IMG/VR virus record: IMGVR_UViG_3300021440_000013 | Coordinates: 152,877 to 216,876 of that record | Length of the DNA stretch: 64,000 nt | Reading direction: 5' to 3' (one strand) | Shown: piece by piece, positions 10,552 to 20,789 of the stretch | How positions within the stretch are numbered: position 1 is the first letter of the stretch | Layout of the letters: each line of letters starts with the position of its first letter | The notes under the pieces: model-generated | Told to the model about the DNA's origin: nothing | Databases searched by the model: none | The model's input: only the letters and a program-made list of their open reading frames with translations | Made by a program: the position numbers and the translations under genes

Positions 10552-13500
10552 TTACATCGTTCTTCGCATATCAAGGGCGGATGAGCCAGACTTATCCTTG
10601 CGACCCAGGTTGATTCTGTCCTGTTCTTTCGGAGAAGCTTTTTCATCGCCTGCTTTAGCAGCCTTAGTGGTGGCACTTACAACCGTAGCCATCATCTCAG
10701 CCACCTTTTCAACCTTGACATTACTCAGGATCTCACGCAGCACTACCAACGATTCTTGTTGGATACCAACAGATTTGTCTAGCGCTGTACTTAATGACCC
10801 AAATCCAGCGGCCATGCCTTCGCCCGACTCAGTGCGTCCGGTGCTAACGACCCCCGGTGTGCGGTTGTCTAAGAAAAGCCCAGAGCTAGAACTCTTAGGT
10901 TCTGGCGCCTTCTTTTGCCCCGCTGCGGGTCCGGCATTAGCAACCGCTGCTTTTTGAGCCGATACCTTTTCACCTGCCATCGGTGTACTGATCGGACTCT
11001 GAGCTGGATCGATATCAAGACCAGGTCCTTTACTTGGCGCCGCGGAGAGACCTAGCGAGCCAGTGGGTGCTTTGACACCGTAGCGGCTTGATTTCTCATT
11101 AAGCTTGGCGCTTAAGTTATCGTAGACCTGTTTAACGGTGAGGGGTTTACCATCTTTGTAAAAGATGTTTTGATTCTTCGAGGCCGGGCCTGGAAAACGA
11201 TTCGCTGCAATCGCGTCAGGCGGCATGGAAAGAAATGCTTTTGCGCCACTGGCCCCTAAGAAATGCGCCAGGTAAAGGTCAGTCAAATTTGGATTTGACT
11301 TGACCGGTGCGATGACTTTCTTATTCTCCTTAATGTATTCAGCGGCCATCAAACTTGACGCTTCAACACTAAACGGAGACGCCGTCTTCTCTAAGCCATA
11401 CTTAGAAGAATACTTAGAAACCATCGAATCCCAGGTTGACCGAATGAACTGAAAGAGTCCCGCGGCGGAGCTTGTTGAAGCTTTGGCTTGGGGATTCATG
11501 TCTGATTCAACCGCAGCAAACGCCTGCATGAGAGCCGGGTCCTCACCTGCACGTTTGGCGTGCGATGCGATCTGGGCTTTGATGTCGCCACTTGCGCCAT
11601 TTTCAGCGCTGGCGGTAGTTGCTTTCCCGCCGGTGGAGGCGGGTTTCTCTTCAGCGTCAGGTGGAGGAAGATCGTTGGTCGTTGAGTTAGCGGCAGCGGT
11701 ATTTTGCGCCATTGACAGTTTAGCATCTTTGGAAGGAGGCGTTCCTGCTTTGGCGTTTTGATCCGAGGCTTTCTTAACCGCAACGGCAGTATCGACCGTG
11801 TTGGTCGAAGTCGTTTCAGCTTTTACCGCTTCGCTAAATTTAGGCGGAGGGAGCACCTGATCTTTTGCGGTTTGCTGTAGATTAGACGCTACGGGCGAGG
11901 GCGGGGCATTGAGTAGACCCAGTGCAACGTCTTTGTTACGCCGACCCTTTGCGCTGTTAGCCATGCTACCGTATCCGGCGCCACCACGCATGACACCCGC
12001 GCTGATCATGGCGTCTCGCAACTGACCATTAGTTTTCGCTTCCGAAGGGTTCTTTTGGATCCCTGCGGGCTCTACGTGCCAAGGTTCTTGCCCCACGGGT
12101 CTGGTGAAACCATACTTCTTCATCAAGCCCAGTTTGTCAAGCTCGTCAGCGATCTTTGAATCGATGTCGAGCGCTAAACCAAACTCATGAAGCGAGTTGC
12201 CTGGCGCCGCAGCTCTATCGCCATACTTACGCTTCATCTCGACTTGTTCTTCGTAGGTGCGTACACCCGAAGTGACAAGGATGCTCTTGCCTGTATTCTT
12301 TCCATACTCCTCAGCCATCCCTAAGAAGAGCTTGAGCATGGTTGGATTAAGGCTATCGATGTTGATACCCTTTTTCTCAAACTTAACGAACTGGCGACCT
12401 GCTGTACCCTCCAAGGGTGCGCCTGGCGCCATCGCGACTTTACCCGCTCCGCCTACAAGACTCTTTTCTTCACTGCCTTGCTCGCGCGCTGTGGTGCTGG
12501 CTGGTGCCGCACCACCATCTTCACTCTGGGTGGCCGTCTGTACCTGGGCTTTATTCTGCTCAGCGTTCTTACGGCGCTCCTCTTCGACCTTCGCTTTTTG
12601 AGCTTGGTCGATCTGACTCTCTTTTTCTTTGTCTTTAAAGACGCCGAAGGTGAGTTTGTCAAAGAGCGTTTTAGCAACCGATGTCGCGGTTGTTTCACCG
12701 AGCTTTGCAGGAGGCAGCGTTGCTTTGGTGTCTTTCGGTTTATCCGCTTTCGCCTTAGCGATCAACGCTTCGATGCTGTCCTTGACAAACTTGTTGTCCA
12801 AAGAGAGCTGGCTTAATGCTTTAACCGGAGAGGTGTCTTCATCATAGGGGCCACTTTCAAAACCAACGAGTTCGAGATACTTGATCCGATCGTCCGGTTT
12901 AAACTTAGCCACCTCTTTGAGCTTGGCTTTGTTATTGACCGCATAGAGCGCGGTCATGTGTGTCAAGAAGAATGGCTTAAAGCGTTTATCGAACCAACGG
13001 CTAAACTTCTCGCCTTGCTCAGTATCTTCCTTGTCAATCTTAAAGAGCTCAAGGAGTTCTTCAGATTTGACTTTCTTATCATTGATATAGGCTTTACCGT
13101 TATCGTAACCGACACGCCCATCTTCAAGATACGCTTCCAACATGAACGGGTAGTAGTTATACTGATCCACGCTCTGATTGTAACCAAAGCCATATTGGTT
13201 TAAGCGGATGCGTTCAAACTCATCCGCGTTGTTACGCGTCGCGTATTGGTAGAGTTTATAAAGTCCATAGCCGGCACCTGCTATCGCTGCCGCACCTAAA
13301 ATCACTGGGCTGCTGATCACGGAAGCAACGGCCCCTATTGCACCACCGGCTACGTTTAACGCACCCATGGCAAGGCCAGGTAGGGCGCGTGTCAACGCAA
13401 AGCGCCCTAGTCCTAATGCACCCTTGCCGGCAAGCTTAGCGGCACCCCACGCGCCTTTACCAGCAAGCTTGGCTACGCCTCCCACTCCCTTAACCAGTGC

Positions 13501-16500
13501 ACCTGGCGTCATCGCGAGAAGTTTACCCGCTAAACCCATCACGCCGCCAAGACCTTTAGTGATCAAGGAGAAGAGTCCACCAAAGCCCGTCATCGCCATT
13601 TTGAGGCCATTTCCAAGCAAATCCATCAGTCCTGTACCGCCCTTATAGCGTGCGGTCAGATCTGCTTGAGCGCCTTCTTTTTGGCGAGATGCTTTGAGTT
13701 CAGCTAACTTTTCTTCACGCTCTTCAATACTTCCGTCACGTGTACCACTTCCATCGGTGTCGTTCCAAGCACGCTTGGCCGAATCGATCTTTTGCTTAAC
13801 ACGTTTAAGAAGAGAAGGTTTCTTTTCAACTTGAGGTTGATTTTCGGGTGTGGCTGCCGCAGCACCTTTTTCTCCACCCTTTAAAAACCCGCCAATACTA
13901 CTTGCAAGTCCACCCGCCATAGCGGCACCGGTCCCTAATAGACCGCGTGCCTTACCCTGCGCTAACTTAAAGCGACTTGGTTTGGCAGGACCCATCTGGT
14001 CTGGAAGTCTAGGCCCCACGAAATCACCTGGACTCTGAGCCTTAGGGGTCGACCAACTCGGTTGCTTGAATCGATCCTTGGCAGCTTGAATCATCGCATC
14101 GATACGGTCCTGATACGTCTCGTTGGGTTGTAAGTCCGATATCCCTCTGTCAATCGCATCTTTTTGTCGAGCACCGGGATATATCGGTCCAACAAACTCA
14201 TCTGGTCTCTGGGTCTTGGTAGCGGTGTGTTTTGTTTTTAGCGCGCTGTACTGGTATTTGGCTTTATTGAACAAGCCTTTCTTTTTGTCACCCGGCTGCA
14301 TCGGACCCACAAAGTCTTCCGGTGTTCTACCCAAAAGCTTGTCTCCGAGTTCGCGTCCCTTGCCTTTTAGGTCAGTGAAGTTTTCTTTATTCTTAAAGAA
14401 ATCCATTCCACGAGAGAGAAGTGAGCCTGAGCTTGTTCCGATTGCAGCAGTGCTGACTCCAGGCTGCATCGGACCCACAAAGTCCTTTGCGACCTCTTCA
14501 CTGACAGCACCACCTTTACCAAAACCAAAGAAACCCTTGATCTTGTTCTTGAGCTCTGCGGTCTTTTCTTTGATCTCAGCCGACTTGATGGCTACTTCGT
14601 CCTTAGCTTCCTTTAAAACCTCGTTCAGGTTCTTAGGCGCTTTGTCGACAGGACCGCCAGGCGGCGTTACCTTGAGCTTGGCAGATTCACGCTTCTTAAT
14701 GCGTTTTAACACATTCACACGCTGGTTAAGCATGATGTCGCGGATATCGAGCAAGACCTCGTAAGTATCCTTGGCGTATTTATTTTCACCAAAGTTGATA
14801 CCAAACTGACCCCAGTCGGTGGGTTGATCCCACCACTCTTTGATCTTTCCACCCATTGAGAGCGACTTATCGGTCAGGACATTAAATCCTTTTCTAGCTT
14901 TATCTCCTACCCACGCAGCCGCCTTGGTCGCTAGACGGATGACGTTGGTGACGTTTCCACGGATCTTATCACCATAGCGATCATAGAGACCCTTGGAGCG
15001 TTCTTCAAGACTCAGGATGATGTTACCCACCGAGTCAACGATATCGCCCTTAGCCTTATTGAGCTTATCCATCGTGTCAAGCACTTCGCCCGTGACCGCG
15101 TCACGATAAAAACCCGCCTTGAGTTTAACGGCACGAATAACGGGTTCTACGCCATCAGGCAAGTACAGGTCTTTGGCTTCATTAAGCTTATCCCCAACCC
15201 AACCAAAGACTTTACTCACCTTGTCTTTGATGAACTTTAAACCATTGGGAAGTCCTTCGGTTAGAAAAGACTTCGCGCTATCGAAGACGGTGCTTGAAAA
15301 AGATGCTGCTTTTTCATAGAGCGTGCTAAACGCTTTACGCGTACCGCTCTCTTTATCGGTGAGTTGGTCTTTAAGAAAGTCTTTTGCTGAGGTGAAAAGA
15401 CCCTTGGCTTTCTCGGTTTTCTCACCCGGTGTAAAGAATTCTTTAAGCGCCTCGATTGTGCTTGAACCGGCTTTAAATCCTAGGTCCATCGTGCCGCGCA
15501 TGATCGAAGTAATCATGCCGCGGAAAGTGCCATCGTGAACAAGTTGGTTTGGAATAAAGCCACCCGCACCCTGGCCACCGCTTTGCACAAGCTCACTGGC
15601 CAGCTTTTGCTGTTCGGTAAGCAGCTTTACCGTGTCAGCGGTATCTTTTTGGATCTTAGCGAGGAGCTCGTTGGTGAGCTCCTCTGCGCTCTTACCCTTG
15701 GTACGGTGACGTGAAGAGCTCTTGGGTGTGGTTTCCGGCGGTGCGGCGTCACGTTTAAAAAGACCTTCGACCTTCTCACCCAAATGTTGAATGGAAGCCA
15801 TCAAGGCGCCATTCATACTTTGCAGATCGATCATCTTGCCCTTTGGTGCAACCTCTTCACCTAGGTTCTTACGCACCTCCTGAGCCATGGGTCCTGAGTG
15901 CTCTTGATCATCGCCCTTACCCGCCTGATAGTTCCAGTTAAAGAGCTTGGTCTTTTTAATACCTTCGTAGGCTTCCCTTGGATTAAAACGCTTAACCTTG
16001 TCAAAGAAACCCTCTTCTTTGTCGGGTTTAGACTTCTGTCCAAAGTAGCGTGCCGCCAAGTCTTTATAATCCTGACTCCCAGGCGCACCCTTAAAGCGAT
16101 CACTGACCGCCTGGAGGAGTTCTTTTGGGTTAAGCTCTTTGATCGCTTCTTTAACGTTGATGTCCGAACGAATAAAGGCGCTGTCTTCCATGAACTTGGC
16201 GTAAGCTTCTTCATCGATGTCGTACTTGCCGTCATCACGCTTTTTCGCTAAACCTTTCTTAGCGATTAGATCGCCATAGCCCGCCTTTTCAAACCCAGCG
16301 ATGGTTTTATCAGACGAAGGTGTCCTCTTACGGATGTCCTTGATGGCTTTAGTCAGTGTGTTAGCATCGCGGTTTTTAGTATCGCTTTGCTCGCTTGAGC
16401 GAAGCTTATATTCAATTAAGTCTTGGAGTTCATCTGAGAGCTGTCCGAACGAAGGGGACGAGAGGATCGAATCAGGATCAAGTGGGTTATTACTATCCCG

Positions 16501-18162
16501 ACTCAGCCTTGATAAGAATCGTTTAAGCTCGATGATTTGGTCTTCGTCGAGGTTTTCATTTTCGGTAAAGAGTTCGACGGCTTTTTCGACTATGTAGTTA
16601 TAGCCGGATCTCTGGATATGGGAGGCAAGGTCTTTTTCAACCCGCGCCCCCATGTCCGTTTCACTGGTGAATTCCTTACGCTTAAAATCGTATACCTGCC
16701 GGTCGGCTTGATTTCGCCCGGTTCTTAACATGACGATTTCGCGGTGAATGTTCGCCAGGTGCCCAGGGATAATGTCGGTTAGACTGATGTGTGCTTTGGC
16801 ATCAAAACCCATCGTAGGGTTATCGAGCTCATCGAGATTCGTCTCAGAACCAATACTTCGACCCGGATCCCTGTCCGTGAAGTTATCCATGAGCATGTCA
16901 AGGGCACGGAAGAACTTACCCTTAGCACCAACCTCGTTGGTTTTGTCAACCCAGTTTTGAGACTGCCTTAGTTTCTCGATAGCGCCTGCTGGGTTGTTAG
17001 CAATATTGGCAAGGCCGGCAAACTTCTCCTGGATGACCGAGTCATCACCACCGATCTGTTTGATCCGTTTAGCCATCACGTCGCGAAACCATTCCGCGAT
17101 GTTGGCACCCGCCGTTGCGCCAAGCATCTCGGCTTTTGACATGGGTTCCATACCCATGTCAACCATCGATGCGTTCATTCCATCCAGCATCTCTTTAGCG
17201 TCAATGGCGCTGTCAAGCTGCATGTCGGCCGTATCGAGCGCCGAAGTAAAGCCAGAAACTGTCTGACGCGCAGTTTCTTTAAGGCGGTCCATACCTTTTT
17301 TCAGGAAGGACTTATCGCCATAGAGCGACTCAATAAACTTTTTCTTACTGACTTCTTTAAAGCGCTCGCTTTCGGTGATCTTTACGTACTCTGGCATCGC
17401 GGTGTTTTTAACCACCGCTTCCAGTTGCGTTTGGAAAACTTTGAAACTGGCCTGAGCTTTTGAGAAGTGTTCTTTTTGTGCAAGCAGCGAACGAATCTGA
17501 AGTTCAAGCGACTTGCGTTGAAAGCGCTGGTTGGTGTTAACCGTATATTGCGTCTGAATGGAGAGGCTACGCTCCATCGAGCGTTGCAGATCGAAGTTGG
17601 CATTAAAGCGCTTAGCACCGATGCGGTCTCGAATCAGGTCTTTGGCGTTATCGAGCTTACCTTGTTCTTGCTGCTGCTCAAAGACCCCTGCAAGCGACAT
17701 CGCTACCGCTTGTTCTTCTTGGTTAGGGACTGTGTTCTGCTCACCACCGATGTCTATGCCACCCCAGCGTGCGATTTTCTCAGTCAGGCTTTTAAGGCGC
17801 TTAGCACTCTCTGGAACAAGCTGGTTAATCTTGGCGGTAACACGCCCGACACGGGGCTTTATTTCTCTTACCGTCTCATCGTATAGTTCGTACATCCCGG
17901 TGGTGAGCTCACCGGTTGCATCTGCCACTTCCCCGTAGCTATCAGGGAGCGTTTTGCGAAGGGTGTCCTTTACAAACTCTGGGCTAACCACCGCGTCTTT
18001 AACGCCAGACACGGTACCCATAAAGACGTTGCCAATGACACCACGCGCTTTTTTCTTACCCGTGGCTTCCTGATTAAGCTCGCCATCAATTTCATTCTCG
18101 AAGTCGAAATTAAAATCTGTATCAAACTCCGGAATATCCGAAACCAGCTCCTTCTTGGCCAT
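10552..18162 (-). CDS. giant tail (tape-measure-like) protein with lytic transglycosylase and M15 peptidase domains (phiKZ gp181-like)
   Basis: Likely start ATG 18162 (GGAGG SD). SLT motifs AAVESDMNPQA...AAGLFQFIRSTW...YLAHFLG (~11100-11585); M15 motifs SGVRT...PGNSLHEFGLALD...EPWH (~12065-12380). Confidence 0.85.
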   Translation of the reverse strand: MAKKELVSDIPEFDTDFNFDFENEIDGELNQEATGKKKARGVIGNVFMGTVSGVKDAVVSPEFVKDTLRKTLPDSYGEVADATGELTTGMYELYDETVREIKPRVGRVTAKINQLVPESAKRLKSLTEKIARWGGIDIGGEQNTVPNQEEQAVAMSLAGVFEQQQEQGKLDNAKDLIRDRIGAKRFNANFDLQRSMERSLSIQTQYTVNTNQRFQRKSLELQIRSLLAQKEHFSKAQASFKVFQTQLEAVVKNTAMPEYVKITESERFKEVSKKKFIESLYGDKSFLKKGMDRLKETARQTVSGFTSALDTADMQLDSAIDAKEMLDGMNASMVDMGMEPMSKAEMLGATAGANIAEWFRDVMAKRIKQIGGDDSVIQEKFAGLANIANNPAGAIEKLRQSQNWVDKTNEVGAKGKFFRALDMLMDNFTDRDPGRSIGSETNLDELDNPTMGFDAKAHISLTDIIPGHLANIHREIVMLRTGRNQADRQVYDFKRKEFTSETDMGARVEKDLASHIQRSGYNYIVEKAVELFTENENLDEDQIIELKRFLSRLSRDSNNPLDPDSILSSPSFGQLSDELQDLIEYKLRSSEQSDTKNRDANTLTKAIKDIRKRTPSSDKTIAGFEKAGYGDLIAKKGLAKKRDDGKYDIDEEAYAKFMEDSAFIRSDINVKEAIKELNPKELLQAVSDRFKGAPGSQDYKDLAARYFGQKSKPDKEEGFFDKVKRFNPREAYEGIKKTKLFNWNYQAGKGDDQEHSGPMAQEVRKNLGEEVAPKGKMIDLQSMNGALMASIQHLGEKVEGLFKRDAAPPETTPKSSSRHRTKGKSAEELTNELLAKIQKDTADTVKLLTEQQKLASELVQSGGQGAGGFIPNQLVHDGTFRGMITSIMRGTMDLGFKAGSSTIEALKEFFTPGEKTEKAKGLFTSAKDFLKDQLTDKESGTRKAFSTLYEKAASFSSTVFDSAKSFLTEGLPNGLKFIKDKVSKVFGWVGDKLNEAKDLYLPDGVEPVIRAVKLKAGFYRDAVTGEVLDTMDKLNKAKGDIVDSVGNIILSLEERSKGLYDRYGDKIRGNVTNVIRLATKAAAWVGDKARKGFNVLTDKSLSMGGKIKEWWDQPTDWGQFGINFGENKYAKDTYEVLLDIRDIMLNQRVNVLKRIKKRESAKLKVTPPGGPVDKAPKNLNEVLKEAKDEVAIKSAEIKEKTAELKNKIKGFFGFGKGGAVSEEVAKDFVGPMQPGVSTAAIGTSSGSLLSRGMDFFKNKENFTDLKGKGRELGDKLLGRTPEDFVGPMQPGDKKKGLFNKAKYQYSALKTKHTATKTQRPDEFVGPIYPGARQKDAIDRGISDLQPNETYQDRIDAMIQAAKDRFKQPSWSTPKAQSPGDFVGPRLPDQMGPAKPSRFKLAQGKARGLLGTGAAMAGGLASSIGGFLKGGEKGAAAATPENQPQVEKKPSLLKRVKQKIDSAKRAWNDTDGSGTRDGSIEEREEKLAELKASRQKEGAQADLTARYKGGTGLMDLLGNGLKMAMTGFGGLFSLITKGLGGVMGLAGKLLAMTPGALVKGVGGVAKLAGKGAWGAAKLAGKGALGLGRFALTRALPGLAMGALNVAGGAIGAVASVISSPVILGAAAIAGAGYGLYKLYQYATRNNADEFERIRLNQYGFGYNQSVDQYNYYPFMLEAYLEDGRVGYDNGKAYINDKKVKSEELLELFKIDKEDTEQGEKFSRWFDKRFKPFFLTHMTALYAVNNKAKLKEVAKFKPDDRIKYLELVGFESGPYDEDTSPVKALSQLSLDNKFVKDSIEALIAKAKADKPKDTKATLPPAKLGETTATSVAKTLFDKLTFGVFKDKEKESQIDQAQKAKVEEERRKNAEQNKAQVQTATQSEDGGAAPASTTAREQGSEEKSLVGGAGKVAMAPGAPLEGTAGRQFVKFEKKGINIDSLNPTMLKLFLGMAEEYGKNTGKSILVTSGVRTYEEQVEMKRKYGDRAAAPGNSLHEFGLALDIDSKIADELDKLGLMKKYGFTRPVGQEPWHVEPAGIQKNPSEAKTNGQLRDAMISAGVMRGGAGYGSMANSAKGRRNKDVALGLLNAPPSPVASNLQQTAKDQVLPPPKFSEAVKAETTSTNTVDTAVAVKKASDQNAKAGTPPSKDAKLSMAQNTAAANSTTNDLPPPDAEEKPASTGGKATTASAENGASGDIKAQIASHAKRAGEDPALMQAFAAVESDMNPQAKASTSSAAGLFQFIRSTWDSMVSKYSSKYGLEKTASPFSVEASSLMAAEYIKENKKVIAPVKSNPNLTDLYLAHFLGASGAKAFLSMPPDAIAANRFPGPASKNQNIFYKDGKPLTVKQVYDNLSAKLNEKSSRYGVKAPTGSLGLSAAPSKGPGLDIDPAQSPISTPMAGEKVSAQKAAVANAGPAAGQKKAPEPKSSSSGLFLDNRTPGVVSTGRTESGEGMAAGFGSLSTALDKSVGIQQESLVVLREILSNVKVEKVAEMMATVVSATTKAAKAGDEKASPKEQDRINLGRKDKSGSSALDMRRTM

Positions 18163-18213
18163 TTTTAGATAGCCTCCCATAATGTAAAGTTTAGCATCCA
18201 AAGGATCTTCGCT

Positions 18214-19653
18214 ATGAACCTTTTAGATACGGTCCCATTTAACCTGAGTCTTCTAATTCTCACGCCCGAGAATACACGTGGACTTGGGCAAGTCAAAGTG
18301 CTCGATGTTTTCTCAGCGGCCAGTAAGAACTTTCACAGTGACGGTCTTTTTAGTATCGAGACCTTTGGTAAGGTAGGGGGTGAACGCCGTAGCCGCCTCT
18401 ATGGTTACATTAACCTTAATGTGCCAATCTTTCACCCTGTGCTCTATAAGAGCTTGATTGGGCTAAAGGAGCTCTACGCGCAGATCATGGCGGGTTCTGC
18501 CTACGCCAAATTTGATCCAGTAACAAAAGACTTTGAAGCAGCCTCAATCACCGACGGTGAAACAGGCTACGCGTTCTTTGTCAGGCATTTCCAAGCGCTT
18601 CAGTTTGAGGAGCGTAAAAGTACGTCGCGTGAGTTCGCGATCAAGCTCATTAATAAATACCGCGATAAGGCTTTTATTGATAAACTCATTGTGCTTCCTG
18701 CTGGATTACGTGACTACACGATCCAGCCCAACGGTAAGCCTGAGGAAGATGAGATCAATACCCTGTATCGCAAGGTGCTCTCCAATGCTACGGTCATTGG
18801 GACTCAGTCAAAGAGCGATCTGACCCATATTGACTCAACCCGTTATGGGCTTCAGAATGCGGTACAGGAGGTCTTTAGTTACATCGTGAACTTGCTTGAG
18901 GGGAAGGGTAAGTTGATCCAAGGCTGGTGGACTAACCGAAACGTTCACAACAGCACACGCAATGTGATCACAGCGATCGTCCCCAAGTCTAATGAACTGG
19001 GGGACGAACACACCATTTCCCCAAACCACACCGTCGTGGGGATCTATCAGCAGATTCGTGCGATTTTTCCGATCTCGATCAATCTGATCCGTGAGATGGC
19101 GGGTATGGTTTTTTCAGGTCCTAATAACCCAGCGCGGCTAATCGATCCAAAAACACTTCTAGGTGAGACGGTCTCGATTGATCCGGTTCATTTTGATGAG
19201 TGGATGACCCAGGAAGGGATCGAGTCCATTTTAAACCGTTTTGAGATCGAGGCGCTTCGACACGACGAAGTTAAGGTGGGTGGACATTACTTCGCTCTGC
19301 TTTACAATGACGGTAAACGCGTCAAACTCTTTCACGGCTTGCAAGAGCTGCCAGATGGGTTTGACAAGGCATTCGTTAAACCGGTTAGCTATGCAGAGCT
19401 GTTCTACTTAGCGGTCTATAAACGTGTCAGGGAGATCCCTGCGTTTGTGACACGTTACCCCGTGATCGGCTATGGTGGTATCTACCCAAGCTTCGTCTAT
19501 ATGAAAACGACCACGCACAGTCAATCTTTGCGTGTTTTAGATGACGCGTGGCAAGAAAGTGGCGATGTCGCTAATGAGTTCCCAATTCGCGGTGTACCTT
19601 TCGTTAATTCACTGAGTGTCTCCGGAGCCCACTTAGGCCGGCTCGGGGCTGAT
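18214..19653 (+). CDS. virion RNA polymerase beta' subunit (phiKZ gp180-like), exon 1
   Basis: DGLFSIETFG, GYINLNVPIFHP, LPAGLRD, TRYP; ends at LGAD, the start of the catalytic motif. Confidence 0.9.
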
Positions 19654-20072
19654 TGACAACGAGTGTAATAATTGATGCTAGAGTTTAGCATCTCGTTGTT
19701 TGTCCGATTTTGTAGAAATGCAAAATTGATCCTCCTTTAACTGCTGGAACCCACTAAAGCTGTGTCACCACATGCGTCACGAAAGTAGACGTAGACGGTT
19801 TAAAAACGACATGGATGATCCGATTGACTCGGTGAAATGGGGAACCGTGGAGTGAAACACTCCCTTTAGCAGCCAAGCTCCTAAGGCGTAAGCTATGGAG
19901 AAGGTTCAACGATCAGCCCTTAAGCAAGGGGTAGGCTCAAGCGAGCCGAAACGGGGAGCACCTGACCGGTTGATGCCGAAGGTGAAGATATGATCTGTTC
20001 TGCATGCAAAACATGCAGCGTATGCGGGTAATGCTGCGGGGAGAAGGGTAGCGTCTTTTCTTGAACAACAAG
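19654..20072 (+). ncRNA. group I intron (419 nt, no ORF)
   Basis: Exon ends in U and intron ends in G; removal restores GAT TTC GAC GGG GAT = DFDGD. Core elements AACTGCTGGAA (19739), AGCAGCC (19868), GGTTCAACGATCA (19903), GAAGATATGATCT (19984); P7 GATCA/TGATC. Confidence 0.9.
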
Positions 20073-20240
20073 TTCGACGGGGATGTCATGTCGTTTGTAC
20101 CGGTGATGACCGATGAGTCTATCGCAGAAGTTACGAAACTCTTGGCCAGTCGCGACTACTATGTGGGTGTCGATGGCAAGATGGTATTTAGCTCTTCTAA
20201 CGATGTCTCTGAGTTGGTTTTCTCAGAGATGACCAGTTAA
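20073..20240 (+). CDS. virion RNA polymerase beta' subunit, exon 2
   Basis: FDGDVMSFVPVMTDESIAEVTKLLASRDYYVGVDGKMVFSSSNDVSELVFSEMTS*; spliced product 535 aa. Confidence 0.88.
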   Translation, partial: FDGDVMSFVPVMTDESIAEVTKLLASRDYYVGVDGKMVFSSSNDVSELVFSEMTS

Positions 20241-20246
20241 GGAAAA

Positions 20247-20786
20247 GTGGTTAAAATGAACCCAGTTGTTTTAAAGAACACACTTTGGAATGCGCTGGCA
20301 AAGTTTCTTCTTAGAAAGAAACTTGCCGCCATCACCAGTAATCGAGGTATTGAACTTGATCGTGACGAGAAGATCGTCATTCGGTCGTTTGAAGGCACCG
20401 CTATTAAAGGTCCTGATAAAGGGTTTTTTAACAAGTTGATCTGGACCTTCTTTTTAAATGAACTTGACGGAGTCATTGGGGATGCTCGGTGGAACCCTGA
20501 GCGTAAAGACACACTTCTGATCCGTCTTAAATGGTGGTTTAGAAATCCGTGCCATAACTTCACGTGGCATGTAATCGGATTTGCCCAGAAGCTGAGCACT
20601 CGGGTCGACTTCCAAGCCGAAGACGGACCTGGGTGGAATTACGCGATGACCCTCATCAAAGGTCTGGATGATAAGTTTACACTCTACCCCTACTTTCTTT
20701 ATCTTTCTTCTAAGATAAAGTTTTACATCGGGTGGCGTGGCCGTGGAACCTTCGGAATTAAGTTCAACATTAAGACAGGTGAGTAA
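20247..20786 (+). CDS. hypothetical Trp-rich protein
   Basis: WWFRNPCHNF and FYIGWRG motifs; lies between the two RNAP genes; start may be ATG 20256. Confidence 0.6.
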   Translation: MVKMNPVVLKNTLWNALAKFLLRKKLAAITSNRGIELDRDEKIVIRSFEGTAIKGPDKGFFNKLIWTFFLNELDGVIGDARWNPERKDTLLIRLKWWFRNPCHNFTWHVIGFAQKLSTRVDFQAEDGPGWNYAMTLIKGLDDKFTLYPYFLYLSSKIKFYIGWRGRGTFGIKFNIKTGE

Positions 20787-20789
20787 ATT

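Noticed and set aside
19654-19656. TGA readthrough or alternative genetic code in the RNAP gene
   Set aside because: Fully explained by the intron; TGA ends other genes normally.
20247-20786. Homing endonuclease serving the intron
   Set aside because: No HNH, GIY-YIG or LAGLIDADG motif visible.
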